From positions 6,645 through 70,644 of the forward strand of contig CAMBFA010000001.1 of the NCBI GenBank assembly GCA_945865325.1: 64,000 nucleotides of DNA, read 5' to 3'. Position numbers and translations under genes: made by a program. The notes beneath the pieces are model-generated. The model did not search any database, was not told where the DNA came from, and was given only the letters and a program-made list of their open reading frames with translations. Within the stretch, counting starts at the first letter, position 1. Each line of letters starts with the position of its first letter. Origin of the DNA: Candidatus Kuenenia stuttgartensis. Lineage in GTDB: Bacteria; Planctomycetota; Planctomycetia; Pirellulales; UBA1268. Shown here piece by piece: positions 1 to 9,645 of the stretch.

Positions 1-277
1 CGGCAAAGAGCCCGGGAAGAAACCCCAGCGCGTAGCCCACCAGGCCGACCGCCGCGAGGTATGACGGTCCGTCGAGGAGGTTTCCCGCCAACCACTTGTC
101 GGTGAAGCCGACCGAGATCGCGAGCACCTGCTCGAGGAGTGCCGGCAACACAAGGAGGAGGACTGGGCGAACCGTCCCCGGGAGGGAGGCGACGCCACCA
201 ATACTCCTCCGGAAAGGGCCCCTGCCCTCTCCCGGATCGCGGCTGACTGCTGGCTGGCCACTGCCGCCGGCCGGCAA
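1..277 (-). CDS. MATE-family efflux transporter, N-terminal fragment (gene runs off left edge)
   Basis: The minus-strand frame is open to the window edge. Nt 1-169 translate to RPVLLLVLPALLEQVLAISVGFTDKWLAGNLLDGPSYLAAVGLVGYALGFLPGLFA, which resembles the first TM region of MATE pumps. The only in-frame upstream start is TTG at 275-277, so the start is uncertain. Confidence 0.35.
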   Translation of the reverse strand, partial: MPAGGSGQPAVSRDPGEGRGPFRRSIGGVASLPGTVRPVLLLVLPALLEQVLAISVGFTDKWLAGNLLDGPSYLAAVGLVGYALGFLPGLFA

Positions 278-360
278 AACCTCACCGCCGAAGCAAGCAC
301 TGTCTCCGCCCCTCCGGTCGGCCGAGAGGGGCTTGTCCGGTGAGCGATCCGCGCGACGGG

Positions 361-1638
361 TCAGGCGAACAACTCCTTGATCACCTTGCCGGCGTTGGCG
401 ATCTTCATCGGCCGGCCATTCTTGGCCGTGAACGTCGTCTCGAGGGAAATGTCGAGCGATTTCAGCACGCTGGCCATGAGGTCCTGGGCCGAATACGGCT
501 CCGTCACCACCTCTTTGCCATCGGAGCTTGTCTCCCCGACAACCACCCCGCGCTTGAATCCAGCGCCACCCACGGCGACACTCCAACTCCTCGCCCAGTG
601 GTCACGCCCGGCGTTGCCGTTGATGTTCGGAGTCCGGCTGAACTCCCCCATCCAGATGATCGCCGTGTCGTCGAGCAGCCCCCGCTCGGCGAGATCGGAG
701 ACCAAGCCCGCCATCGCCTTGTCGAGCTCCGGGAGCTTCGTGTCGGAGAGCGTCTTGAAGATGTCGGCATGGTTGTCCCAGCCGCCGAGATCAACCTCGA
801 CAAACGGCACCCCCTGCTCGACGAGCCGGCGGGCCATGAGGCATCCGCGGCCGAATCCGGTGTTGCCGTAGCGGTCCTGAACATCCTTGGGCTCCTTCAT
901 GACCTTGAAGGACTCCATCTGGTCGCTCGTCATGAGTTTGATCGTCTTGGAGAGAACCTTGGCGTGGTCGTCGGACGAGGCCCCACGCTTCTCGCCGATA
1001 AACTTGTCCTCGATCGCCGAAAGCATCTCCAACCGCTGCGACAGCCTGGTCGGGTCGATCCCCATGTCGAGGTTGCGGACGTTGCCGTTGGCATCGACCA
1101 CGAACGGCGCCCACGACATCCCCAGGAACCCCGGGCCGACACTCCCGCTACCGACCGAAACGAACGGGGGGATCTCCAGATCGGGGACCTGATCGGCCAG
1201 CTCGTGGGCGATCACGGCGCCGTAGCTCGGGTGCTCGACATTGGGATTCGGCACGTAGCCGGTGTGCATGTAGTAGCGGCCGCGCATGTGGTCCGCTTCC
1301 CGCGTGCTCATCGAACGGACGAGCGACATGTGATGCATCTGCTGCGACATCAGCGGCATGTGCTCGCAGATCTGGATCCCATCGGCACTCGTGGAGATCG
1401 GCTTGAAGGGGCCGCCGGTCGCTGCCCCCGGCTTCAGATCCCAGATATCCATGGTGCTCGGGCCGCCCCCCATCCAGAGGAGGATGGCCGCCTTGTGCCG
1501 CCGCTTCAGATCGGCGGCGTTGGCGAGGATCGAGTTGGTAAACGCCGTCGCAGGGGCGGCGAGGGCCGCGGCGCCGGCCACATGGCTCATGAAGTGTCGG
1601 CGGCTCATCCCGTCGATGAAACGGCTGGTGACGGACAT
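361..1638 (-). CDS. DUF1501 domain protein (sulfatase-like fold) with Tat-type signal
   Basis: Track ORF 361..1692. N-terminus MSVTSRFIDGMSRRHFMSHVAGAAALAAPATAF carries a twin-arginine motif. The body matches the DUF1501 family pattern (GGPSTMDIWDLKP, GEFSRTP, GRDHW). ATG at 1638 is preceded by GAGGA about 8 nt upstream. Confidence 0.85.
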   Translation of the reverse strand: MSVTSRFIDGMSRRHFMSHVAGAAALAAPATAFTNSILANAADLKRRHKAAILLWMGGGPSTMDIWDLKPGAATGGPFKPISTSADGIQICEHMPLMSQQMHHMSLVRSMSTREADHMRGRYYMHTGYVPNPNVEHPSYGAVIAHELADQVPDLEIPPFVSVGSGSVGPGFLGMSWAPFVVDANGNVRNLDMGIDPTRLSQRLEMLSAIEDKFIGEKRGASSDDHAKVLSKTIKLMTSDQMESFKVMKEPKDVQDRYGNTGFGRGCLMARRLVEQGVPFVEVDLGGWDNHADIFKTLSDTKLPELDKAMAGLVSDLAERGLLDDTAIIWMGEFSRTPNINGNAGRDHWARSWSVAVGGAGFKRGVVVGETSSDGKEVVTEPYSAQDLMASVLKSLDISLETTFTAKNGRPMKIANAGKVIKELFA

Positions 1639-1755
1639 GGCAGGGTTCCTCGGGAAGGATTGGGCTGGGAGGTGTTGGGAGGAGTAAATCAAGACCCGGA
1701 GTCCCGGTGTGCAGAGCCGATCGCCGGGGGAAAGTATCCGGATTCAGTGCCGGAT

Positions 1756-3474
1756 TCAGTGGTTGATAATGAACTCGTTGGAGTTGAGGACGGCCCACCA
1801 GATATCCTGGAGGGCGCTGATCGCATCCCCCTTGCGGGCCACCATTAACTGGTTGGCGAGCTTGATCTCCTTGCGGGTCGGTTTTCTGGCCAGGGCCGCG
1901 GCGTAGAGGGTGTCGATGCGATGGGCATTGGACATGCCGGACGTGGCGACGCGGTCGAGGAATCCCCCCTTGCCGGTTTCCGTTGCCGTCTTGACCAGAT
2001 CGCCGTTGAACATCATCAGTACCTGGGGGATCGACCCGTTGAAGGTGGTCGCCTCATCCCCTTCGTCGGTGCCGAACGCGATGGTGAATTGCGACAGCCA
2101 TTCGTCCTTCTTCCGGGCTCCCTTCTCCCCCTTTTCCTCGGCCTGATCGGCCTCGGTGGCGGTGAGCAGCGACTGATAGAGCTCCTCGGGGCGCATCTGC
2201 CGGAGGTAGAAATGCGAGAACTTCGGCTTCTCCCCGACCGCGGGATCGTCGGTGGCATTCCCCTTGGCGATCCGACTGGAGAGCGAGTAGGCGTGGGAGA
2301 GGGTGATCCAGCGGATGAGCTCCTTCGTGTCGAAGCTCTGCTCGCGGAACCGCTCACCGAGGCCGTCGAGCAATTCAGGGTGCGACGGCGCGTTGTGATC
2401 ACCGAGATCGTCGATTGGACGGGTGAATCCATAGCCGAAGAAGTGGCTCCAGACCCGGTTCACCGCGGCCTTCGGCATCAATGGGCTGTCGACAATCAGC
2501 TCCGCCAGGGCCTGGCGACGGTTCACACCGTACTCCGTGCCATCCTCCAGCTTCGCCGGGAGATAACCGTTGGCGTCGACGGTCGTGCCGTCGATGAACA
2601 CCGGATAGGCGACTTTCATCTGGCCATTGCGGAGCTCGTAGTAGAGCTCGGCCTGAGCGGCATTCCCCCCCTCGCCGGCCCAATCCTCGTCGACCAACTC
2701 GATCGCCTGAACCTCGCGGGTCTCCTCGAAATGCCGCAGCGCCTTCGCCTGTCGGAAGAAGGCGTTGAACTCCCAGAATTGATTCTGCTTCCCCTTGTTG
2801 AACGGGTGGTTGTGGCACTGCGTGCACTGCACTTGGAGCCCGAGGAAGATCTGCGCGGTCTTGGCGGTGGCCTGGATGCCGTTCTCGTCGAGTTTGCCCG
2901 AGAGGAAATTGGTAGCGCCGTTGAACCCCTTCTCCCCCGCCTTGTTGACGCCGGAGGCGGTGACGAGATCGGCGACGAACCGATCGTAGGGGATATTCTT
3001 GGAGAACGAACGGCGCAGCCACTGCCGCATGCCACTCCGGTTGACGTTGTCGTTTTCCATGCTCCGACCGATGAGCACGGTCGTCCAGACATCAGCCCAA
3101 TTGCGGGCATACTCGTCAACGGAGTCATCGCCGAGAAGCCGGCCGACGAGGTTGGCCCGCTTGACCGGGGAACTGTCGGCCACGAAGTCGTCGAGTTCCC
3201 GGACCGTCGGGATCCGGCCGATGACATCGAGATGGACCCGGCGGCACCATTCCTGATCGGACGCCCCTTCCGAGGGCTTGAGCTTGGCGTCGGCCCAGCC
3301 GGCCGCCACCTGCTCATTGATGAACTTCACCTGCGGGATACCGAAGTGCTCGTCCCCTTCGCGGGCGACAGCCACGGCCGCGGTGACGGCGGCCAGTGCC
3401 ATGCAGACAGCCAACCGCAAGCCTCGGAGGGAGGCGATTACGCCAGATCGGCACGAGGAAACATGCGTCGCCAT
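1756..3474 (-). CDS. DUF1549/DUF1553 domain protein (partner of DUF1501)
   Basis: Track ORF 1756..3555. Contains QCTQCHNHPFNKGKQNQFWEFNAFF (a CxxCH-type motif typical of DUF1549) and a DUF1553-like C-terminal half. ATG at 3474 is preceded by GGAGG and gives a signal-like N-terminus (LRLAVCMALAAVTAAVAVA). Confidence 0.8.
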   Translation of the reverse strand: MATHVSSCRSGVIASLRGLRLAVCMALAAVTAAVAVAREGDEHFGIPQVKFINEQVAAGWADAKLKPSEGASDQEWCRRVHLDVIGRIPTVRELDDFVADSSPVKRANLVGRLLGDDSVDEYARNWADVWTTVLIGRSMENDNVNRSGMRQWLRRSFSKNIPYDRFVADLVTASGVNKAGEKGFNGATNFLSGKLDENGIQATAKTAQIFLGLQVQCTQCHNHPFNKGKQNQFWEFNAFFRQAKALRHFEETREVQAIELVDEDWAGEGGNAAQAELYYELRNGQMKVAYPVFIDGTTVDANGYLPAKLEDGTEYGVNRRQALAELIVDSPLMPKAAVNRVWSHFFGYGFTRPIDDLGDHNAPSHPELLDGLGERFREQSFDTKELIRWITLSHAYSLSSRIAKGNATDDPAVGEKPKFSHFYLRQMRPEELYQSLLTATEADQAEEKGEKGARKKDEWLSQFTIAFGTDEGDEATTFNGSIPQVLMMFNGDLVKTATETGKGGFLDRVATSGMSNAHRIDTLYAAALARKPTRKEIKLANQLMVARKGDAISALQDIWWAVLNSNEFIINH

Positions 3475-3768
3475 GGGCACAACCCTCCGGTCCGCAGGGT
3501 GCAAACGGCCGGCAATGGCCATCGTCCGGATCCCGATCCAGACGGTGCCCATCAACCAAACCGAAGACAGAGAGCTTGCCCCCTCACTGCCAAACGCCTC
3601 ACGTTGAGAAAAGTCTAACCTTTTTCATCGACGCAATCCACCTCACGACCACACAATCGATTCGCCACCAGCGGGGATGAGCCCTGGGTCCGGCGTCGGA
3701 GAGCCCGGCATGAGGAAGGACAACAGCCCACCGGCCCGAACCGAGACTGAAGACCGGCCGACGCGAGT

Positions 3769-3812
3769 GGAAAAAAGCAAAAGGACTCCAACACGGGAGC
3801 GGTTCCCTTTTG
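3769..3812 (-). terminator. Candidate Rho-independent terminator downstream of rplQ
   Basis: On the minus strand CAAAAGG (complement of 3806-3812) pairs with CCTTTTG (complement of 3778-3784) across a 21-nt loop. A TTTTTT run follows (complement of 3771-3776), 44 nt after the rplQ stop. Confidence 0.45.
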
Positions 3813-3855
3813 CGGCCCCTCGCTCGGCCCCTCGGTGTAGCCCCTTGGTGGACCG

Positions 3856-4449
3856 TCAGGTCGCGCCGGCACCCCTGGAGGGGCGGCGGGCCTGGACCTG
3901 CGGGGCCGTGCCACGGTCGACCTTCGGCCCGCTGCCGACAAACTCCAGCACAGCCCGGGGGCCGGCATCACCAAGCCGGGGGGTGGAGAGCTTCAGGATC
4001 CTGGTATAGCCACCGGGACGATCGACGAACCGTGGGGCGATCCGCTCGAACACGATTCGCGCCGCCTTCTTGTCCCCCAGGAGCCGGACGACGCGTCGCC
4101 GGGCGGTCACGGCCGGCGACATGGCCTGGGCCCATTTGCGCCACTGATCGCTCTCCCGCCACTGCTTCCAAGCGGCCGAATCACGAGTGGCCGCTGTGCC
4201 GAATTCCTTGGCTTGATCGATCGACACCAAACCCCGCTTGGCGATCGTGACGCACCGCTCAACGAGCGGCCGGACCTCCTTGGCCTTGGCAACGGTCGTG
4301 ATGATCCGACCGGCGACCTTCGGCGCCCCGACCTCGTCGGCCTCGCACTCCCGCTCAGTGAGCATCAACGCCGAGGCGAGATTGCGGAGCAGGGCACGCT
4401 GATGAGACGGACTGCGGCCGAGCACACGGCCCTTACGACGATGGCGCAT
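3856..4449 (-). CDS. rplQ: 50S ribosomal protein L17
   Basis: N-terminus MRHRRKGRVLGRSPSHQRALLRNLASAL is canonical L17. It is the last gene of the alpha operon, after rpoA. Confidence 0.95.
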   Translation of the reverse strand: MRHRRKGRVLGRSPSHQRALLRNLASALMLTERECEADEVGAPKVAGRIITTVAKAKEVRPLVERCVTIAKRGLVSIDQAKEFGTAATRDSAAWKQWRESDQWRKWAQAMSPAVTARRRVVRLLGDKKAARIVFERIAPRFVDRPGGYTRILKLSTPRLGDAGPRAVLEFVGSGPKVDRGTAPQVQARRPSRGAGAT

Positions 4450-4575
4450 GGATAGAATCCTTCAGGCGGACAGTTCGGCCCCGGCCGCGAGACCGGAACC
4501 TTCGAGGGTGTTGGCGGAAAGTAGTGGGAAAAGGTGGGGGCCGGGGGCGTTGCCCCGCGGTCCCCCGGTTGTGCT

Positions 4576-5556
4576 TCAGGCCTCGACGGGCAGCATGCCG
4601 AGTTTCAGCCCCAGTTCGAAGAGCTTCGTTTCGATCTCCTCGGCCGTTTGGTCTCCGGCGTTCCGCATCTCGAGAATCTGCTCCCGGGTTAGCACCACGA
4701 GTTCGGAAACCTTGCGGATCCCAGCGCTCGAGAGGCAATTCTGGGCTCGGACGGAAAGCTCGAGTTGCGACACATCCCAGGTCAGGACCGTCGACGGCTC
4801 CGGGGTGATCTTCGTCCAGTCGATGACTGGAGGAAGATTGACCGACGGCCCCTGCTGGCTGTAGCCGACGAAGGGATTGAGGTGCTTGCGGAGAATCTTC
4901 GCGGCCTCGACCAGCGCCATGTCTGGAGTCACGGTGCCGTTGGTCCAGATCTCCATGGTCAGCTTGTCGTAGTTCGTCTTTTGTCCGACACGGGTCTCCT
5001 CGACCTCGTAGCGGACGCGTGTCACGGGGCTAAACACGGCATCGACGGGAATGATCCCGATTTCCTGGACATCAGGGCTGTGCTCGCTGGCGGGTACATA
5101 CCCCCGCCCGTTCTCGACGACCATCTCCAATTCAAAGGGAACGTCATCGGTGAGCGTGGCGAGGACAAGATCCTTGCTGACCACCTCGACCGCCTCGTCC
5201 GTTTGCACATCGGCACCGGTGATGGGGCCTTTCGTGCTCTTCTCAACGCGGATCACGCGGGTTGAGTCGCTGTGATTTTTGACGACGAGGCTCTTCACCG
5301 CCAAGACGATGTCGGTGACATCCTCGAGAACACCCTTGACCGTGCTGAACTCGTGGAGAGCACTGCCGACCTTGATTTGCGTCACCGCGCTCCCCTCGAG
5401 ACTGGAGAGGAGGACCCGCCGGAGGCTGTTGCCCACCGTTGTGCCGAAGCCGCGCTCGAAGGGCTCGGCAACGAACTTGCCGTACGTCCCGGTGAGCGTC
5501 TTGGCATCGGATACGACCGAGCTGGGGAGTTCGAGTCCACGCCAACGGATGTGCAT
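4576..5556 (-). CDS. rpoA: DNA-directed RNA polymerase subunit alpha
   Basis: 326 aa. Contains GKFVAEPFERGFGTTVGNSLRRVLLSSLEG and a C-terminal LELSVRAQNCL motif (alpha-CTD). Sits between rpsD and rplQ. Confidence 0.96.
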   Translation of the reverse strand: MHIRWRGLELPSSVVSDAKTLTGTYGKFVAEPFERGFGTTVGNSLRRVLLSSLEGSAVTQIKVGSALHEFSTVKGVLEDVTDIVLAVKSLVVKNHSDSTRVIRVEKSTKGPITGADVQTDEAVEVVSKDLVLATLTDDVPFELEMVVENGRGYVPASEHSPDVQEIGIIPVDAVFSPVTRVRYEVEETRVGQKTNYDKLTMEIWTNGTVTPDMALVEAAKILRKHLNPFVGYSQQGPSVNLPPVIDWTKITPEPSTVLTWDVSQLELSVRAQNCLSSAGIRKVSELVVLTREQILEMRNAGDQTAEEIETKLFELGLKLGMLPVEA

Positions 5557-5757
5557 GCAGTTCTCCTTGCCTGTACCTGAAACGGCGCGGCCACGTCAGG
5601 CCGCGATGGTGATTTTTCGGAGCGATTTCGACCGGCCATCGGCCGCATCAGGCCCAATTGTTGAACGGACCGGGCAAGAGGTTTTCCATCGCGCCGGCGA
5701 CCCTCACGGCAATCGCCAAGAGAATCCCGCGGCCCAACACCCCGCGGTTCGTTACTT

Positions 5758-6384
5758 CTACTTTGAACACAACTCGATGATGAGGTTGGTCTGCACCGGG
5801 ATCGAAACATCGTCAGATCCCGGCAGCCGATCGACCCGACCCTCAGGAACACCAGTCTCCGACCGGGTGAGGAAATCGGGAATATCGCGACGGTTCGAAG
5901 CCAGCGACGCGTGCACCAACTGGAGGCTTTTGGCGCGGTTCTTCACGCGGAGCAAGTCCCCCGCCCTGACGAGATAGCTCGGCACGTCGAGACGCCGGCC
6001 GTTGATCGTGATGTGGCCATGAAGGACCATCTGCCGGGCGGCAGCCCTCGAGGGGGCGAACCCGATCCGATGCACGATATTGTCGAGCCGGCGCTCGAGC
6101 AGCGACATCAGCGACTCGCCCGTATTCCCCTTCCCCCGTGCGGCACGGGCGAAGTAGGTGCGGAACTGCCGCTCGAGCACGCCGTAGTAGTGCTTCACCT
6201 TTTGCTTCTCGCGCAGATGAAGACCGTACTCGGTCGGCTTCGAGCGGCGCTTCTGCACCATGCCCGGCGGCGTCGGGCGACGCTCGAACGCGCACTTACT
6301 CGTATCGCAGCGACTGCCCTTGAGGAAGAGCTTGAGGCCGTCACGGCGACAAAGGCGGCAAACCGGCCCGGTGATGCGTCCCAT
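5758..6384 (-). CDS. rpsD: 30S ribosomal protein S4
   Basis: MGRITGPVCRLCRRDGLKLFLKGSRC... plus an S4 RNA-binding domain; operon position fits. Confidence 0.95.
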   Translation of the reverse strand: MGRITGPVCRLCRRDGLKLFLKGSRCDTSKCAFERRPTPPGMVQKRRSKPTEYGLHLREKQKVKHYYGVLERQFRTYFARAARGKGNTGESLMSLLERRLDNIVHRIGFAPSRAAARQMVLHGHITINGRRLDVPSYLVRAGDLLRVKNRAKSLQLVHASLASNRRDIPDFLTRSETGVPEGRVDRLPGSDDVSIPVQTNLIIELCSK

Positions 6385-6468
6385 GGATTCCCGATCGGCA
6401 TGCTGGCCGACCGCTCTCGAGGTGATTCAGGTGGGGGGAAAAGGCCGGTGTGACCGACCTGGAAAGGA

Positions 6469-6846
6469 TCAGACGCGGCGCTTTTTCGGCGGACGACATC
6501 CGTTGTGCGGGAGTGGCGTGATGTCTTCAATACTCTTGACGTTCATGCCGGCGGCCTGGAGCGCGGTGATGGCGCTCTCGCGACCACTCCCGGGGCCGCG
6601 GACACGGACCTCGAGATCCTTGACACCGAACTTCGCGGCCTTCTCGGCCGCCTGTTGCGCCGCGCACTGACCGGCGAAGGGAGTACCTTTGCGACTTCCC
6701 TTGAAGCCGCAAGTCCCACCGCTCGCCCAGCAGAGCGTATCGCCCTTGGTGTCGGTGATCGTCACCGTGGTGTTGTTGAAACTAGCGGAGATGTAGGCGA
6801 TCCCCGCCGAAACACTCTTCTTCTTGCCCTTGGCAACCTTCGACAT
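6469..6846 (-). CDS. rpsK: 30S ribosomal protein S11
   Basis: The track ORF is longer (to 6906). The canonical product starts [32 protein letters not shown] at ATG 6846. Confidence 0.93.
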   Translation of the reverse strand: MSKVAKGKKKSVSAGIAYISASFNNTTVTITDTKGDTLCWASGGTCGFKGSRKGTPFAGQCAAQQAAEKAAKFGVKDLEVRVRGPGSGRESAITALQAAGMNVKSIEDITPLPHNGCRPPKKRRV

Positions 6847-6966
6847 GAATCGATGCTTTCCTGTGCGTTCCGGCGACAACTGTGAATCAAAAGACAACCC
6901 AGGCAACCAGGCTGCCCGTAAAAGCCCGGCACGCCACCGCGTGCCAGGGAACCGAAGAACCGAACT

Positions 6967-7350
6967 TTACTTGAGGTCCTTCACACCCTTCTTGCCAGCC
7001 ACCGTCTTCTTGGGCCCCTTCCTGGTCCGGGCATTCGTCCGGGTCCGCTGGCCCCGAACCGGCAACCCCCGACGATGGCGGACGCCACGGTAGCTACCGA
7101 TGTCCTTGAGCCGGGAGATATTCTGCGCCACCTGGCGGCGAAGCTGCCCCTCGACGACGTAGTCTTTGTCCATGAGGGAGGCCAACCGGGCCAATTCGTC
7201 CTCATGGAGATTCTTGGCCATCCCCTCCGGATCGACCCCCGCCTTGTGACACAACTCGCGCGCCACCTGGGGGCCAACCCCGTAGAGGTACTGGAGCGAA
7301 TAGAACGTCTTCTTCTCCGATGGAATGTCGACGCCGAGGAGACGGGGCAT
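6967..7350 (-). CDS. rpsM: 30S ribosomal protein S13
   Basis: MPRLLGVDIPSEKKTFYSLQYLYGVGPQVARELC is canonical S13. Confidence 0.95.
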   Translation of the reverse strand: MPRLLGVDIPSEKKTFYSLQYLYGVGPQVARELCHKAGVDPEGMAKNLHEDELARLASLMDKDYVVEGQLRRQVAQNISRLKDIGSYRGVRHRRGLPVRGQRTRTNARTRKGPKKTVAGKKGVKDLK

Positions 7351-7679
7351 GGGGAAGTACTACCGTGGGATGACGGACATGGAAGACGGGACTGCCGAAC
7401 AAAACATTCCATCCCCAACACACCATGCCGGGGGCATCGTGCGAGGGGACGAACAACAGGCGAGTTGAATTGGCTGCCGCGAACGACTGGCGTGGAACCG
7501 GAGAGCCACCCGGCCGCACCACCACTGGTCTAACCCAGACAGGGCGAAACCAGCACCAACCACACCACCTTCATGAATACCTACGAAAGCCGCTCTCCTG
7601 ACGGAGACATGATGCTCCGCCGGACACCATCTTCCAACAGAAGCGAGGAAGCCCCGCCTGCCGGAAGCGGATTCCGTCG

Positions 7680-7793
7680 TCATCCCTGCCGCTGTTTGTG
7701 GCGGGGATCCGCACACACGACAAAGACGACGCCGCGGCGCCGGACAATCTTACACTTGTCGCAGATGCGACGGACGCTGGCGCGAACCTTCAT
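7680..7793 (-). CDS. rpmJ: 50S ribosomal protein L36
   Basis: Absent from the ORF track (under 60 aa). The reverse complement reads ATG...TGA = [37 protein letters not shown], 37 aa with the C-x2-C-x12-C-x4-H zinc ribbon. Confidence 0.93.
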   Translation of the reverse strand: MKVRASVRRICDKCKIVRRRGVVFVVCADPRHKQRQG

Positions 7794-8006
7794 ACTTGCG
7801 ATCGTGGCGACGGTCGCCCACGCCTTCAACGGGAACAGGGAAACTGATGGAAAGCCGTCAACTATAGAAACCCACCCCCCTGATCCACAAGGGGGAGGTC
7901 AGGAAACGGGCAGAAACGATAAAAAATTGGGAGTTCACGACGAAAAATCACCGAACATCCCTCAGTTGCCCCCCAACGGCCCCCTCCGCGGCTGCCGCAG
8001 GGGCCT

Positions 8007-8816
8007 TCAGGCCGGGACGGAATCCCCCTCGTCGGGGGCCCTCGTCAGGACCTCCGGCCCCTGGTTCGTGATCGCGATCGTGTGCTCGAAGTGGGCACTC
8101 GGCTGGCCGTCAACCGTCGACTGCGTCCAATGATCGGCCAAGGCCCTGACTTTCTTCGACCCCATGTTGACCATCGGTTCGACGGCGATAACGAGCCCGG
8201 TCTCGAGTTCGAAGTCGTAGTTCCTGCGGAACGACGGGGAACAGAAGTTGGGGACCTGCGGGTCCTCGTGCATCTTCTTCCCGATGCCATGGCCAACGAA
8301 ATTCTCCACCACCGAAAACCCGCGATCCCGGACATAGGTCGCCATCTCGGTGGCAACATCGCTCCAACGATTCCGCTTTCCGATCAGCTCGATCGCCAAC
8401 TCGAGGACGCCCGAAGTGCAGTCGAGGAGCCCCCTGGCGACACTCGACACCGTTCCCACCGGATGAGTCCGGGCGGAATCGCCGCACCAACCGGCAAGGC
8501 TGCAACCGGTGTCGATGCTGACGATGTCGCCTTCCACGAGAATCCGCGGGCCAGGAATACCGTGCACCACCTCGTCGTTGACGGAAATGCAGCACACCGC
8601 CGGAAACGGCACCTTTCCGGGCACCCCCTTGAACAGAGGCACCGCCCCGCACTTGAGGAAGTACGCTTCCACCGCGGCATCGATTTCACCGGTCGACACC
8701 CCCGGCCGGACCATCGCGGCGGCGATTTCATGGGCGCCCCAGACGACAAGGCCCGCACGGCGCATGAGCGCGATTTCGCGGGGAGACCGAAGATTCACCA
8801 CGGCAGGCACACCCAT
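8007..8816 (-). CDS. map: Type I methionine aminopeptidase
   Basis: 269 aa. SPREIALMRRAG near the N-terminus, metal-site segments (ISVNDEVVHG, DIVSIDTG, FVGHGIG, AVEPM, AHFEHT), and position after adk. Confidence 0.93.
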   Translation of the reverse strand: MGVPAVVNLRSPREIALMRRAGLVVWGAHEIAAAMVRPGVSTGEIDAAVEAYFLKCGAVPLFKGVPGKVPFPAVCCISVNDEVVHGIPGPRILVEGDIVSIDTGCSLAGWCGDSARTHPVGTVSSVARGLLDCTSGVLELAIELIGKRNRWSDVATEMATYVRDRGFSVVENFVGHGIGKKMHEDPQVPNFCSPSFRRNYDFELETGLVIAVEPMVNMGSKKVRALADHWTQSTVDGQPSAHFEHTIAITNQGPEVLTRAPDEGDSVPA

Positions 8817-8991
8817 TCAAACAGCGTCGGGAAGGGGGGCACCGGACGACGCCCTGGAACAACTCCTCCGTCCACAACTGCAGCATCGGAGCACTATAGC
8901 GGCGTGACCGATGCCAAACCATCTCCGCGGGCGTTGCCCCGATGCGGCACCGGAAACCGGCCGATCCCCGCAGCCTTGGCCACCGACCTCC

Positions 8992-9570
8992 TCAATGGCG
9001 TCCACGAGAACCGCGCTTGAATCGCTCGAGCGCCTGCTTCACCCGGCCGAAGATCTCGTCGGCATCACCGAGCCCGTCGATCGTCGCGAGCTTCCCCTGC
9101 CGGGCGTAATACTCGAGCAACGGTGCGGTTTGCACCTCGAAGCTCGCGATCCGTTTTGAGAAGATCTCGGGGTTGTCGTCGGCTCTTTTCCGCGCGAGCA
9201 TCCGCCGCACGAGCTCGTCACGCGGCACCGCCAATTCCAGGACACCGTCGACATTCATGGCCCTCCGCTCGAGGAGATCGTCGAGCGTCGACGCCTGCGG
9301 AAGGGTCCGAGGAAAGCCGTCGAGGAGGAAGCCGCCCCGGCAATCGGCCGATTCCAGGCGCTTCGTCACCATCCCCAGGATCATCGAATCGGGGACGAGT
9401 TGTCCTTGGTCCATGTGCGCCGCAGCTCGCAGCCCCTCGGGCGACCCCGACCTGACCTCCGTCCGGAGCATCTCACCGGTCGAGAGGTGGGGAACGTCGA
9501 GATGCTCGACCAACCGCTGGCACTGCGTTCCCTTTCCGGCGCCGGGCGGTCCGATGAGGATGATCCGCAT
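8992..9570 (-). CDS. adk: Adenylate kinase
   Basis: MRIILIGPPGAGKGTQCQRL P-loop start at ATG 9570 (the track ORF extends to 9618); secY-adk-map order. Confidence 0.93.
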   Translation of the reverse strand: MRIILIGPPGAGKGTQCQRLVEHLDVPHLSTGEMLRTEVRSGSPEGLRAAAHMDQGQLVPDSMILGMVTKRLESADCRGGFLLDGFPRTLPQASTLDDLLERRAMNVDGVLELAVPRDELVRRMLARKRADDNPEIFSKRIASFEVQTAPLLEYYARQGKLATIDGLGDADEIFGRVKQALERFKRGSRGRH

Positions 9571-9645
9571 GAGAATCCCGCGCGAGACGACAACGACCAT
9601 CGGCACGCCCAGTGGCACGCCGGTCCGGTCAGGGCTGAACCCGAA

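Noticed and set aside
340-3618. Long plus-strand ORFs 340..1848 (502 aa) and 1921..3618 (565 aa)
   Set aside because: They lie exactly antisense to the DUF1501 and DUF1553 genes. Their products are Arg/Gly/Pro/Asp-rich low-complexity sequence with no motifs. These are typical stop-codon-poor shadow frames of a high-GC genome.
7351-8006. Search for infA (IF-1) next to rpmJ, and for rpmD between rpsE and rplO (11645-11789)
   Set aside because: No frame in these gaps encodes anything resembling IF-1 (…GHxVLAHISGKMR…) or L30. The 145-nt rpsE-rplO gap is too short. Both are reported as absent from this locus, not from the genome.
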